Positions 45,608 through 55,887 of a stretch of DNA of 64,000 nucleotides are shown here, piece after piece. The stretch spans positions 102,853 through 166,852 of IMG/VR virus record IMGVR_UViG_3300020057_000496, one strand, 5' to 3'. The stretch's first letter is position 1; the number at the start of each line of letters is the position of its first letter. This DNA comes from a virus. The notes beneath the pieces are model-generated. The model ran no database searches, was not told where the DNA came from, and saw only the letters and a program-made list of their open reading frames with translations. Made by a program: the position numbers and the translations under genes.

Positions 45608-46597
45608 ATGAAGAAAATTCTAGTTATTTGTCTATTGCTCACTCTGCCGTCGCGTGCGTACGCCCTTCGGGCAACCGCGCCGCTGGCGTTCGACAACGGC
45701 GGAATCACCTGTACGAATTGTTCGACCGCAGCGGGGACCCTTACTTCTAATGCCGTTATAATCGGCGGTGGCACTAAGGCCGTTAGTGCTGTTGGTATAA
45801 ACAGCACGGCGACCGCTATGTACCTGAGGCAGGCGTCTAGCGGGGCACCCGCCTTTACTGAAATTGTCATTGGGGACCTGGCCGCGATGGCGTCGGCCGC
45901 ACTGTTTGCTAAAATATCGGACGAAACTGGCTCTGGTAGTGGTACACCGGTGGCGGTGTTTAGTATCAACCCGGCATTGACTGGCGTTACGGTGACGGGC
46001 ACGGCAGCCCTTACTGGCGCGACGGTCAATTTGCCTAGCGGCGCGGTCGATGCGATTGGTGAAATTGCCACCGGTATTAAATCTGGCGGCGCAGCGGGCG
46101 TGCTGTTGGCCACTACTGCGGCGTCGTTAACCAATGGCCAGTGCGTACAGTCTAATGTGGACGGGAACCTCGTTTCGAGCGGTGCTGGGTGCGGCGGTAC
46201 CGGCGTATTTTCACGTATCGTTGCCAATTCGGAAACGCCGGTGACTGTCACGACTGCAACGCCTGTATATATGAGTCTCGGTGGTGCCCTCTCGACGACG
46301 GAGGCGGACGTCAGAACTCCGATTGTTTCAACGGCAACCTTCACTGGACTGGCTTGCATTGCTAAGACCGGAACGACGAACGCTATTACGGCAACGCTTG
46401 GCGAGAACGCCTGCACGGTGACAGCGGACGTAGCTACGAAGCTGGCCAACGTCATGTCAGCCACTGCCAATACGTTTACGGCCGACAATACCGGAACGAC
46501 CATAGTGTCCGGCGGTGAGTGTGCAGTTATTAAGCTGACGGTGGGAACGGACGCGCTCGTAACGGACATTGTCTGTACGCTTGAAATTACTGGCTAA
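45608..46597 (+). CDS. fibre-like protein with N-terminal signal peptide
   Basis: MKKILVICLLLTLPSRAYA; ATAPL, ISDETGSG, NGQCVQ..GNLV fibre repeats. Confidence 0.7.
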   Translation: MKKILVICLLLTLPSRAYALRATAPLAFDNGGITCTNCSTAAGTLTSNAVIIGGGTKAVSAVGINSTATAMYLRQASSGAPAFTEIVIGDLAAMASAALFAKISDETGSGSGTPVAVFSINPALTGVTVTGTAALTGATVNLPSGAVDAIGEIATGIKSGGAAGVLLATTAASLTNGQCVQSNVDGNLVSSGAGCGGTGVFSRIVANSETPVTVTTATPVYMSLGGALSTTEADVRTPIVSTATFTGLACIAKTGTTNAITATLGENACTVTADVATKLANVMSATANTFTADNTGTTIVSGGECAVIKLTVGTDALVTDIVCTLEITG

Positions 46598-46623
46598 TGC
46601 ATAAAATGGAGGACTGGCCTTTG

Positions 46624-49425
46624 ATGTTTCGGATTCTACTACTGCTAGTGGCGGCCGTCTTTCTGGGGACCGTGCCAGCGCACGCCATTAACGATGGGCT
46701 GAACGGCTACTCGGGGCCGCAGCTTAACGTGCGCGCGTTCAACGTCGGCTGCGCGTACTCGAAGAACGAGACGGCGGTACTGCGGGCCGCGCTCGAATCG
46801 GGCGGCGCAGCAGCCGGCAAGACGCTGTTCGTTCCGAGTGGCTGCAAGATTTTGCTCGGTACGTCGGGCGCGGCCGACTCGGTTGCGGACCTCGCCAGCA
46901 ACACGACGATCCAGTGCGAGGATGGAACCGCTGGCTTCGTGCTGGCGCGCAAGTCGTGCAGTGGAGTCAGCGACACGCCGGGCGCTGCCTGCACGGCCGA
47001 TAACCAGTGCGTCAACGGGACGTGCGTCGCCGACGCTAATGCGGTGACGGCCTTCGCCCCGACCGAAGCATCGACCTACACCGTCTTTGGCGCTGCGGCG
47101 AGCGCCAAGAACATCGCGATCAAGAACTGCGGAATCTGGGTCAACGGTGCGTCTGGCGACTCGCCGGCAATGGGTGGCGCCGGGAAGTCGTGGGGATACT
47201 GCGACGGTACCGGCACGTCGATCCTGGGCGCGGCCTGCGCGCAGTTCTGTAACGCGGCGTCCGGCGGGCTGGAGGGCGTCGCCTGTAACGTCAACGGCAC
47301 CTGCGGGGCTGGCGCCTGCACGATCCCCGCCGGGCACTGCAAGGCGTCGAGCGGAACCTGCGGCGACCCTCCCCATGCGACGAATTGGGCTGCGAGCGGC
47401 CCGGGCAAGATCAACCCGATCGACTTCAGCGCGGCCTCGAACGCTCGGGTGGAGAACGTCACGGTCTACGACCACCGTCGCGGCGACTTCACGATCAAGA
47501 CCGGCGCCAGCGGCCAGGTGATCGACAGCGCGAGCAACGGCGACTCGCTGACGACGCCGCAGATCGCCACGAACGGCTGGGTCAACTACCTGCCCAACAA
47601 CTACGTTGACAAGGGCATCATCGCCGGCTTGGCCACTTCGGTTGTCCGGTCGACCGGCTACGGCTGGACGGCCGGTATTCACGCGATGGGCTTCAACACC
47701 ATCTCGTCGTCCACCGGAGGTGGCTATGGCGGCCCGTCGCTGAGCGGCTGGGTCGGCAACTCCGACCTGTTGATCTCGTATGCTGGCGTGATCGCCGACG
47801 ACTTTCGGGGTGGCTCCAGCCTCTATTGCGTCCTGCCAAAGTTCGCCGACGGCTACAACTTCATCGTCACGAACGCCTTCTGCGACGGCAACATCGGGTC
47901 GAAATTTATCGTTCAGGGGGCCGGGAACCAGTACATCGGCAGTCGCGGTGCATGGGGGGGCCGTGGCGCAGTCGTGGGCCTCGGCGACCAGCGCGGCCTC
48001 TGCGCGTCGGGTACCAGGTCGGGGCAGGTCTGTGTCTTTGGTGCTGGCAACGACGCCACGATCGGGTGCCCGACTGGCGCAACGTGTGCCGCGAATGACT
48101 TGTTCCCGGCTGGCTCGGCGGGTCACTTCGTGCTCGGCGCTGGTTCGCTATGGCACACCGACCAGGTCCTTGAGACGACCTTCCTTCGGACGACAGACTC
48201 GAAGCGTTGCGTGAACTCCGACGCTACCGACTTGGGGGGGCCGTGCACGGTAGATGGCGACTGCTCCATGGGCTCGTGCGACTTTCTAAACTGGAACAAT
48301 TCCCTGATTGACGGTGCAATGTTCCTCGGCAGCCTTGGGAAGGCAGTCGATCTCTCAACTTCCTCGGTCGGTGTTGCCGTGGTGGCTGACACACCATCAA
48401 TTTTAAATTGGGGCGTGTTCGGCGTCAGTCTCCCGGGATTCACGACTGGCTTCAAGTTCCCGGCAATCGCGCGCGTCTGCGTCGGCGGCACGAACGACGG
48501 AACATCGTGCGCAGCCGACGCCACCTGCACCGGGAGCGGCAAGTGCAGGGGGCAGGTGGAGGGAGTGACGATCTCTGGTGACGCCTCCGGGGTCACGACG
48601 CCGCTGGTGAATTGGGACTGGAGCTATGGCGACGTCTCGGGCCTGAAGGGATTGCTCGCGACGGACTACCAGGGCGCGCCCGTCACGCTGACTGCGGGCG
48701 AGGCGCTGACGCGCGGCCAGGTCGTATCCGTCTCGACTGCGGCAGCCAACACGGTCACCAAGACGACGACGGCAAATCCCGAGCGCGCGGTCGGTGTCGT
48801 GCTCGCGACCACGCTGAGCACCTACCCGGCGAAGGTGCTGACATCGGGTGTTGGGGCATGCATCGCGCAGGGCTCGGTGACGCGCGGCGACATCCTGAAG
48901 CCGTCCGGAACCACGGACGGCAGCGTCGCGACGGTGTCCAGCAGCTCCGACATTTCGATCGGCTCCGCGCTTGAGACCACCACGACCGGCCTCACGTTCG
49001 ATTGCTTGATCGGTGTTACGCCGCCGATCCAGAACACCACCCAGACGTTCCCGAAGTTCGCCTACGGGCAGAACGCCGGCACCGTCGGCATGACGGGCTG
49101 CACGACCTTCACGCAGGCCACGTCGATCACTCACGCCGCCACCAGCGGCCGGACCATCAGGCTCCAGGGCTTTGCGGCGGCCGATATCACCGGCGGAGTA
49201 ACGCGCATATTCACCACGAAAATCGCGCGCGGGGCGGATTGCTCCGCTGCCGCGCTCGTGACGGCAGACACCGAACTCAAGTCGAATGAGAACACCACGG
49301 TCGCGCTGGGCTTTACCGACACCGGGCAGTCCGGCTCCGTGTCGTATCGGCTCTGCGCCTGCGCCGACACCGCCGCCAGCGCACAGTTCGGCGCCGGGGC
49401 GACGTTGCAGTTGACGGAGTACTAA
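46624..49425 (+). CDS. large Cys-rich spike/fibre protein with signal peptide, beta-helix-type N-terminus and DUF2190-like segment
   Basis: GGAGG RBS; MFRILLLLVAAVFLGTVPAHA; NVRAF..TAVLRAAL..TLFVPSG; repeated C..G..C..D..C..G.C; TAGEALTRGQVV..AVGV. Confidence 0.7.
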   Translation: MFRILLLLVAAVFLGTVPAHAINDGLNGYSGPQLNVRAFNVGCAYSKNETAVLRAALESGGAAAGKTLFVPSGCKILLGTSGAADSVADLASNTTIQCEDGTAGFVLARKSCSGVSDTPGAACTADNQCVNGTCVADANAVTAFAPTEASTYTVFGAAASAKNIAIKNCGIWVNGASGDSPAMGGAGKSWGYCDGTGTSILGAACAQFCNAASGGLEGVACNVNGTCGAGACTIPAGHCKASSGTCGDPPHATNWAASGPGKINPIDFSAASNARVENVTVYDHRRGDFTIKTGASGQVIDSASNGDSLTTPQIATNGWVNYLPNNYVDKGIIAGLATSVVRSTGYGWTAGIHAMGFNTISSSTGGGYGGPSLSGWVGNSDLLISYAGVIADDFRGGSSLYCVLPKFADGYNFIVTNAFCDGNIGSKFIVQGAGNQYIGSRGAWGGRGAVVGLGDQRGLCASGTRSGQVCVFGAGNDATIGCPTGATCAANDLFPAGSAGHFVLGAGSLWHTDQVLETTFLRTTDSKRCVNSDATDLGGPCTVDGDCSMGSCDFLNWNNSLIDGAMFLGSLGKAVDLSTSSVGVAVVADTPSILNWGVFGVSLPGFTTGFKFPAIARVCVGGTNDGTSCAADATCTGSGKCRGQVEGVTISGDASGVTTPLVNWDWSYGDVSGLKGLLATDYQGAPVTLTAGEALTRGQVVSVSTAAANTVTKTTTANPERAVGVVLATTLSTYPAKVLTSGVGACIAQGSVTRGDILKPSGTTDGSVATVSSSSDISIGSALETTTTGLTFDCLIGVTPPIQNTTQTFPKFAYGQNAGTVGMTGCTTFTQATSITHAATSGRTIRLQGFAAADITGGVTRIFTTKIARGADCSAAALVTADTELKSNENTTVALGFTDTGQSGSVSYRLCACADTAASAQFGAGATLQLTEY

Positions 49426-49565
49426 AGCTCTTGAGGCCGAAATTAACGGTTCATATATAACGAACGAGTTATACTTACGAATGGCGCTTCTCTGGCCTGA
49501 CGTGCTATAGTGATTGAGTTGAGTTGTCGCCTCAATGGCGTAAGTAAGCAGTGAACGGAGCGTCA

Positions 49566-50144
49566 ATGAAATATATACTTGGTTTAATCTTACTGTTAGT
49601 TACCGCATCCGTCTCTTACGGTAAACCACTGAAGATCGAAGACTACGACGGCAAGTTGGTAAATTGCGGGAAGTGGGAAAATACGCTGCGTGCGGTTATA
49701 ATTCGTGGCTGTCCCGGCTTGCTTTACGGTACTGATCCGCTTCCAACTCCGGAACCAACTCCGTTCCCCACCCCAGAACCTCCAGTTGTTCCGACTCCCA
49801 AACCAACACAGGGTCCGGTTTTGTGTAGTGATGGCCGCTTTGTCAAGGTGAATGCCGGTTATTATGTCCTGAAAAATATCACTGTTCAGTACGGAACCCC
49901 CCAATACTACTGCGTGGACCTGCCCGGCGAAGGGTCTATTCCGTTCTTTGAACTGTACACAATTAATCTAGGTAACGCTAGCTGCAGTGACCTCCGCATG
50001 GTCGTTACGGACCCTTCCGGGCGTGTCTGGACGGACAATGGGCCTGCCCCAGGAGTGCGGCCATTCCGAGAGGCCGGCCGCTGGCAAATGAAACTATCTC
50101 AAGATGAGGGGTGTAACCGTTACGACTTCCATATCGATTACTAA
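49566..50144 (+). CDS. secreted protein with PT-rich linker
   Basis: MKYILGLILLLVTASVSYG; PTPEPTP; paired Cys. Confidence 0.65.
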   Translation: MKYILGLILLLVTASVSYGKPLKIEDYDGKLVNCGKWENTLRAVIIRGCPGLLYGTDPLPTPEPTPFPTPEPPVVPTPKPTQGPVLCSDGRFVKVNAGYYVLKNITVQYGTPQYYCVDLPGEGSIPFFELYTINLGNASCSDLRMVVTDPSGRVWTDNGPAPGVRPFREAGRWQMKLSQDEGCNRYDFHIDY

Positions 50145-51067
50145 TGTCATTCGCTAGATATCAACCGAATACTTCCGCACTATTCAGCGGCACATTGATC
50201 GACGAGGCCGGGGTCGCCGTCCCCCTTGCCAATATCAATACGTTTACCTTGACACTGGTTGACGGGATGACCGGCAGTACCGTTAATGGGAGGAACGCGC
50301 AGAACGCCCTGAACGCCAATAATGTCACCGTGAACAGTACGACCGGTGCGGTTAATTGGTCAGTCCAAGTAGGGGACTTGACACCGGCTAGTCTCTTGAC
50401 GACGTACCGCGAGCATGTCGCGACGTTTGTCTGTACGTATTCAACCAGTAAGGTCATCCGCTTCCAGCATCGAATGCGGATAGTTACGGCCTTGACGCTG
50501 TGTGCACTGGAAGATATCGAGACATATCTCGGCGTAATTGAGGAGTCAGAACAGCCGTTCATTGAGATGCTGATCGAGCAAATCTCGGCGCGTGCCGAGA
50601 CGGAATGTGACCGAAAGTTCCTGCGTGTCGTCGACAAGGTCGAGTATTTTAGCCCGGACGGACGCGACACGCGTCTTCGCGTCAAGCACTACCCGATTGA
50701 ATCGGTATCGGAAATAATTGAAGAAGCAAGCGGGACGTGGACCAGCGGGTATGTGTATCCGGCAACCGACTACGGCATAGACAACGACAATGGGATTATT
50801 CGAACAAGGTTTTCTACTGCCTATGCAGGTCGCCAGTCTGTTCGAATTACGTATACAGGCGGACTGGCGCGTGATTGTAGCGGTATCCCTATGGACCTTC
50901 GGTTCGCCTGCACGCGGCAAGTAGTATTCGGATACCAGCGCAGGAAGAGTCTGGGAGTCGGGGCCATCAGCGTTGCGCGCGGAGGCAAGGAGGTGTTCGA
51001 TTTGTCAGAGCATGACCTGCTCAGCGATGTCCAGAGAGTTTTTGATCTCTACAGGAGCCTGTACTAA
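50144..51067 (+). CDS. head-tail adaptor (gp6-like) with extra N-terminal beta domain
   Basis: LCALEDIETYL, SARAETECDRKF, YPIESV, ITYTGG, IPMDL. Confidence 0.8.
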   Translation: MSFARYQPNTSALFSGTLIDEAGVAVPLANINTFTLTLVDGMTGSTVNGRNAQNALNANNVTVNSTTGAVNWSVQVGDLTPASLLTTYREHVATFVCTYSTSKVIRFQHRMRIVTALTLCALEDIETYLGVIEESEQPFIEMLIEQISARAETECDRKFLRVVDKVEYFSPDGRDTRLRVKHYPIESVSEIIEEASGTWTSGYVYPATDYGIDNDNGIIRTRFSTAYAGRQSVRITYTGGLARDCSGIPMDLRFACTRQVVFGYQRRKSLGVGAISVARGGKEVFDLSEHDLLSDVQRVFDLYRSLY

Positions 51068-51684
51068 TGGCCGAGTTAGTCGGGATTACTGTTGACGTCA
51101 AAAATCTTAGCCGAGCGTTTTATACGGCGCGCAAAAGTATACGCCTGGGTATAGAGCGCGGGCTTACGAAGTCTGGTCCCAAGTTACTGAAGAATGCGAA
51201 GTCAAGGGTTCGTGTTCGAAATAATAGACTGAAGACTGCGCTGAAGTTCAAGGTGGCGTACTCGTCCGGAGACGCCACGCTCGCCATCGTTGCGGACGAC
51301 CCGCGTGCGAAGAAGTACATGTGGCAACTAGAGCAAGGCGGCGATATTTACGGTAATCCGTTACTGGCGTTCGTGCCAGAGTTCAGTCCGTTCTATTCCA
51401 AGTCGGACATGTCAGTTGCTGGCGCAGAGCAACGCGCTAGGGCGGCCGGGTATCAGCATTTCTTTAGGGCTGGGAAGTTGCTCCTTGGTGTCCGTCGCCA
51501 GCGACGCGGGCCTCGCCGTAAGTGGGTCAAGGTCGGGGCCGAGTATGCACCGATCGCCGTTATCACGGAGATGGTCAGCCAAAAGGGTCATCCTTATATT
51601 CAGCCGGCATTTACTGAGGAGATGCCGGACATTCAACAGAGAATCATCGCGGAGATAGTGAGTATTTTTAATGGCGAGAGCTAA
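51067..51684 (+). CDS. HK97 gp10-like tail completion/neck protein
   Basis: AKSRVRVRNNRLK, LEQG, HPYIQPA. Confidence 0.7.
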   Translation: MAELVGITVDVKNLSRAFYTARKSIRLGIERGLTKSGPKLLKNAKSRVRVRNNRLKTALKFKVAYSSGDATLAIVADDPRAKKYMWQLEQGGDIYGNPLLAFVPEFSPFYSKSDMSVAGAEQRARAAGYQHFFRAGKLLLGVRRQRRGPRRKWVKVGAEYAPIAVITEMVSQKGHPYIQPAFTEEMPDIQQRIIAEIVSIFNGES

Positions 51685-51769
51685 GTTCAAAGAGGTTCAG
51701 TAATGGCAACAATAATGGCAACAATAATGGCGAGAGCTAAGTTTAAAGAGGTTCAGTAATGGCAACAAT
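51669..51769 (+). repeat. nested tandem duplication of a gene junction
   Basis: TAATGGCGAGAGCTAAGTT(C/T)AAAGAGGTTCAG twice and TAATGGCAACAA three times. Confidence 0.85.
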
Positions 51770-52241
51770 TCGCGACACGGCCATATCCTACGTCAAGGCC
51801 AGGCTAGCAGACATAACGATTGCCAACGGCTACGCACTAGACATCGGTGTTAAGCGCGTTCACGGTATTCGTGCGACCCCCAGTGAAGTGATTCCACCTG
51901 CCGTAATTCTCATGCAGGGCGAAGAGCAAGTCGAAAACAATATTGGCGAGCGCTTCAGTTGTGAACTGGAAGTCGCCGTAGGTTTCGTTGACCGCCAACG
52001 GACGCAGGACCCCGACGCGGACGCGACGGCATTTATGGCGATGATCCAGAAGGCCGTACCGATCGAGTTCGAAATCATCGCTAAGGTATATCCTAGCGGC
52101 AGCGACGTGCCAGGAAAGATCGTCATGATGGAGGTTGGCAATACAATTAACATCACGTCCGCCGGTAGTGGCATTGTCATGGGGCAAGTGACATATATCA
52201 TGTCGTACCGAAGGAATATCTACGACCCTAGTCGATTCTAG
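51759..52241 (+). CDS. tail terminator-like protein
   Basis: LADITIANGY, PAV; position before the tail tube gene. Confidence 0.7.
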   Translation: MATIRDTAISYVKARLADITIANGYALDIGVKRVHGIRATPSEVIPPAVILMQGEEQVENNIGERFSCELEVAVGFVDRQRTQDPDADATAFMAMIQKAVPIEFEIIAKVYPSGSDVPGKIVMMEVGNTINITSAGSGIVMGQVTYIMSYRRNIYDPSRF

Positions 52242-52401
52242 TGTTGTATGCTTTTTCGACGCTCTATGTCGAGGGAATCCTGGCACTGTATAGATATCCG
52301 AGCACGCTAATGCTCAGCGTTAAGAGTGGAAACGTTACTCATAAAACAGAAGAGTACCTGGCAAGTATTCACGACTGTCAAGAGGTGTTAGTTAGTTACA
52401 G

Positions 52402-53382
52402 ATGAAAGTAGAATGGGTCAGTCCCGCTAAGGATAATATCATAGGTAATAGTTTGGGTTACGGCTTGGCGAACATAAACTTACGTGCCGCCGCAGCTAAG
52501 GTAATGGAGCTAGACTGGCGGTCAGACGTTGCGTTACATTTTACGCACCCGCAGTTCTATTTTTCGGTGCCACGTCGCAAGAATGTCATTTTGACAATGT
52601 GCGAACATTCGTGGCTTACGGAAGATTACGAAGAGGCGTTCAAGCGAGTGGACCTTATCATTACGGTCTCGCAGTTCTGTAAATCAGTGTTCGAAAAATA
52701 CACAGACAAGCCGGTGTACGTCGTTCCACTCGGCGTTAACCCCAACATCTGGCACGCAAAGCGCAGGGTGCTTGATCCAAGAAAGAAATTCAGATTCCTT
52801 TACTGCGGAGCGCCCAACCTGCGGAAGTTCTCGATCATGGAGAGCGCCTGGCGGGCCTTGATGGACGGTTGTTCGAATGTGGAACTCTATATCAAAACTA
52901 CGGGGGCGGACATCCCGGAGGAGTTAGGTTCGATAGTAAGAAGTAATAACTGGATTGTTGACAACCGAAAATTGCCAGTCAGGGACTTAGTGAAGCTGTA
53001 CCACTCCGCGCACGCTTTCTTATTATTACATCTAGGCGAGGGTTACTCACTGTCGGCAATCGAGGCTCAGTGCACACAGATGCCTTTGATCATAAGTGAC
53101 CACACCGGCTCGATGGACTTTTGTAACGTGAGTAATTCATTCCCGGTAAAAGTTGACCCAGGAAAGATTGAAGTAATTACGGGGAGTGGACATAAGACGG
53201 AGACTAAGGTTATTGATGCCGGTATTCCGAATATTATCTCTGCGATGACGCAGATGGCGACGGTAATGCGCCATTACGGTCGCGCCTCGGAAGTGGCGCG
53301 GCAGGCTGCAAAGGATGCTCGTAAGTTGACGTGGGACAATTCGGCGAAAAGATTGAAAGAAGTTCTTGATTCTTCATTGTAG
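52402..53382 (+). CDS. GT4-family glycosyltransferase, paralog of the 30053 extein
   Basis: GNSLGYGLANINLR, LHFTHP, GAPNLRK, GEGYSLSAIEA. Confidence 0.88.
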   Translation: MKVEWVSPAKDNIIGNSLGYGLANINLRAAAAKVMELDWRSDVALHFTHPQFYFSVPRRKNVILTMCEHSWLTEDYEEAFKRVDLIITVSQFCKSVFEKYTDKPVYVVPLGVNPNIWHAKRRVLDPRKKFRFLYCGAPNLRKFSIMESAWRALMDGCSNVELYIKTTGADIPEELGSIVRSNNWIVDNRKLPVRDLVKLYHSAHAFLLLHLGEGYSLSAIEAQCTQMPLIISDHTGSMDFCNVSNSFPVKVDPGKIEVITGSGHKTETKVIDAGIPNIISAMTQMATVMRHYGRASEVARQAAKDARKLTWDNSAKRLKEVLDSSL

Positions 53383-53491
53383 AATCTGTCAGATTTAAAC
53401 TAATGGCTGAGCACAATCGCGACCTAGTTGGACGAAGGAATCGATCAACGAAAATACGGGTTGCCGGAATAACTCTAAGAGGTTGACGTAA

Positions 53492-54586
53492 ATGGCAGTA
53501 TCTCCTAATCTAAGTCGTAAGACACTCGTATTGGCTCGGCGCGAAGCAACTGGCGACACGGCAACAACGCTCGGAAGTACCGGCACGAATAGTTCGGCCA
53601 TGTTGCTGTGGGACGAAGTTAATCCTATCCAGATCGATACGACTATCCTTGATCAGCAGGTTGTGCGTGCTTCGTTCTCGAAGTACCCGGATCTCGTCGG
53701 TCGTTCACTGTATATGTTCCGTCCGAAGACGATGCTCATGACCACGCCTGGTGGTGCGCACAGTCATGCGGACTTCGGTGAGACTGCCGGAACTGGCGAC
53801 AATTGCGGCCTTGCGGCTGGGGCTGGTAAGCCGCCGTTCTTCGGCCCGCTTCTGCGTGCTTGCGCAGTAAGTGAGACGGTGACCTCTTCGTCTACGGTCG
53901 TGTATGCTCCGGTCTCTTCGAACTTTAGTGCAGCGACTGTCGTTGTCTGGGCGGACGGACTGAGGCACTTTGCGAAGGGCGTCGTCGGCACGGCAGTTTT
54001 CGAGGGTCGCGCCGGTGAGGGTATCGACATTTCGTTCGACATGAAGGGTACCTATGCTGCGCCGGTTGGTGGTACAATTCCGACCAGCGTGACTTACCCG
54101 CTTGACGGCAAGGCGCTTGTCGAGAAGGAGTCGCTGCAGATCTCAACTGGCTACGTCGCGCCAGTTGCGCACGGCGTGCAGGAGCCGGTTACTGGTCCGA
54201 TCGTTCGTTCGTTCCGGTTCGACATGGGTGTAAATATTATCGAGCGTCGAGATATGAACAGCCCGTTCGGTTTGTTCGGCTTACTGCCGACTGACCGTAA
54301 GCCGACGCTGGATCTCGTGATCGAGGTCGAGAATAACCTGGCCGGTGCTGGCAATACTTCTCCGTACTTCAATCCATGGAGCATCCTGACAAGTGGTTCG
54401 AGTGCCCTGCAGACGGTAACGTTCACGCACGGCGCGGTGACTGCTAAGAAGAGTGAATTTACTTTCAGCTCCTGCCAGCTCCGTGAGGTCCAGTACGCCG
54501 ACGACCAGGGCGTCCGTACTTACAACCTGTCTTTTAATATCGTTTCTACACTAGACGACAACGACTGGCGTTTAAAGATTTTCTAA
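53492..54586 (+). CDS. tail tube (major tail) protein
   Basis: GPLLRAC, YAPVS, G..GT, FDMKG; followed by terminator and chaperone genes. Confidence 0.8.
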   Translation: MAVSPNLSRKTLVLARREATGDTATTLGSTGTNSSAMLLWDEVNPIQIDTTILDQQVVRASFSKYPDLVGRSLYMFRPKTMLMTTPGGAHSHADFGETAGTGDNCGLAAGAGKPPFFGPLLRACAVSETVTSSSTVVYAPVSSNFSAATVVVWADGLRHFAKGVVGTAVFEGRAGEGIDISFDMKGTYAAPVGGTIPTSVTYPLDGKALVEKESLQISTGYVAPVAHGVQEPVTGPIVRSFRFDMGVNIIERRDMNSPFGLFGLLPTDRKPTLDLVIEVENNLAGAGNTSPYFNPWSILTSGSSALQTVTFTHGAVTAKKSEFTFSSCQLREVQYADDQGVRTYNLSFNIVSTLDDNDWRLKIF

Positions 54587-54601
54587 TATAATCATAGCAA
54601 G

Positions 54602-54645
54602 GAAATTGAAGGTGGCTGCCTGCCTTCAATTTCTCTTTCCTTTCT
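54602..54645 (+). terminator. rho-independent terminator
   Basis: GAAATTGAAGGT-GGCTGCCT-GCCTTCAATTTC followed by a T-rich tract. Confidence 0.7.
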
Positions 54646-54674
54646 GTTGGTAGTGTAATATCCTGAGTGGGTCA

Positions 54675-55106
54675 GTGACCCGGTGTTGTGTGAGCAATTT
54701 AGATTTATTCAAGAGACCATACCAAATAGATCCAGACGTAGCCGCCTTGAACGCCCTCGTGCGTTCCTACCAGGGCGGCGCCACGCGCCGGGGTCACGCC
54801 TTCAAGCTCTCCCTGGGGGAGTGCATCTTTCTTTTTAATTCGAACTGTTACTACTGCGGGGCCGAACCCGCGAATATAAAGCGCTCCGGGACCGGCCGTT
54901 ACGTTTATAACGGGATCGACCGGGTCGAAAACGACGTGGGTTACGTCGGCACGAATGTCGTCGCTTGCTGCTCGGCGTGCAACTACGCTAAGGGCACGCG
55001 CGGGCTGCCGGAGTACCTGGAATGGGTCGAGCGGTCCTACTTGTATCAAATGAAGTACCGCGATGTGGAGTTAGACGTAAAGTACGACCTAATAGATTTA
55101 AACTGA
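54675..55106 (+). CDS. HNH endonuclease
   Basis: CYYCG, NGIDRVEN..GY..NVVACCSACNYAK. Confidence 0.88.
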   Translation: MTRCCVSNLDLFKRPYQIDPDVAALNALVRSYQGGATRRGHAFKLSLGECIFLFNSNCYYCGAEPANIKRSGTGRYVYNGIDRVENDVGYVGTNVVACCSACNYAKGTRGLPEYLEWVERSYLYQMKYRDVELDVKYDLIDLN

Positions 55107-55140
55107 GACATAGATTAAGGAATAGTATGTGGAAGAATAA

Positions 55141-55399
55141 TGGCGAGACGACCGGCAGGAATGTTCTTATTGCGGCATTGGTCCATCGCATATTCAGCGG
55201 TACTATAAGTACGTTGAGACCCATAGGTATAATGGAATTGATAGAATTGACTCTAGTGGTCCTTGTCGTGTAGATAACTGCGTGCCGTGTTGTGCTACGT
55301 GCAATAAGGCTAAGCTGGCCCAAACTCAGAATGAATTTTATTCAATGGATAGACAGAGTCTATAATCATATTTACGTACAGCCAAATCTTGGCTATTAG
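55141..55399 (+). pseudogene. degraded second HNH endonuclease
   Basis: ECSYCG..YNGIDRIDS..NCVPCCATCNKAK..EF, then frameshift to IQWIDRVY; no start codon. Confidence 0.75.
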
Positions 55400-55413
55400 G
55401 AAAGGTTAATGCA

Positions 55414-55887
55414 ATGAGTGTAAGTTTTCTACCGAAGGGGTTCGAGCTAGAGGAGGTCGATGACCCCGTCATTGAGTGTCCTATTATTCAGGTTGACGAA
55501 CTTGGCCCCGTGTTCGTAGTTTTTGTAAAACAGATGCCCGTGAAGCGTTACAAGAAGATTTTCGAGAAGTTAAGCAATCAGCCGACGAGTGGTGGGTTTC
55601 GTAAGAACAAGAGCCTCGATGATAAGGTTGATCGCGACTACCTGCGTGAAGTAATTAGTGGCTGGCGTGGACTGACTGTTGATAATTTCAATGGTTTCGT
55701 GAAGTCAGGAATGGTACTTAAGGGACCGAAGGAAGGGGAGATTGAATATTCTGAAGATGCAGCATTTTTTTGCTATCGCAACTCGTTCCCAAGTGAATTT
55801 GGTGATAAACTGTGGGATACACTGAAGAATGGGGCTGAAGAGCAGGAGGCCGAAGACAAGGACAAGGAGGAGGCGGCCAAGAAGTAA
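55414..55887 (+). CDS. tail assembly chaperone (gpG-like)
   Basis: Position; ISGWRGL motif. Confidence 0.75.
   Translation: MSVSFLPKGFELEEVDDPVIECPIIQVDELGPVFVVFVKQMPVKRYKKIFEKLSNQPTSGGFRKNKSLDDKVDRDYLREVISGWRGLTVDNFNGFVKSGMVLKGPKEGEIEYSEDAAFFCYRNSFPSEFGDKLWDTLKNGAEEQEAEDKDKEEAAKK

Noticed and set aside
45484-49566. Long - strand ORFs (361, 493 and 387 aa)
   Set aside because: Antisense shadows of high-GC fibre genes.
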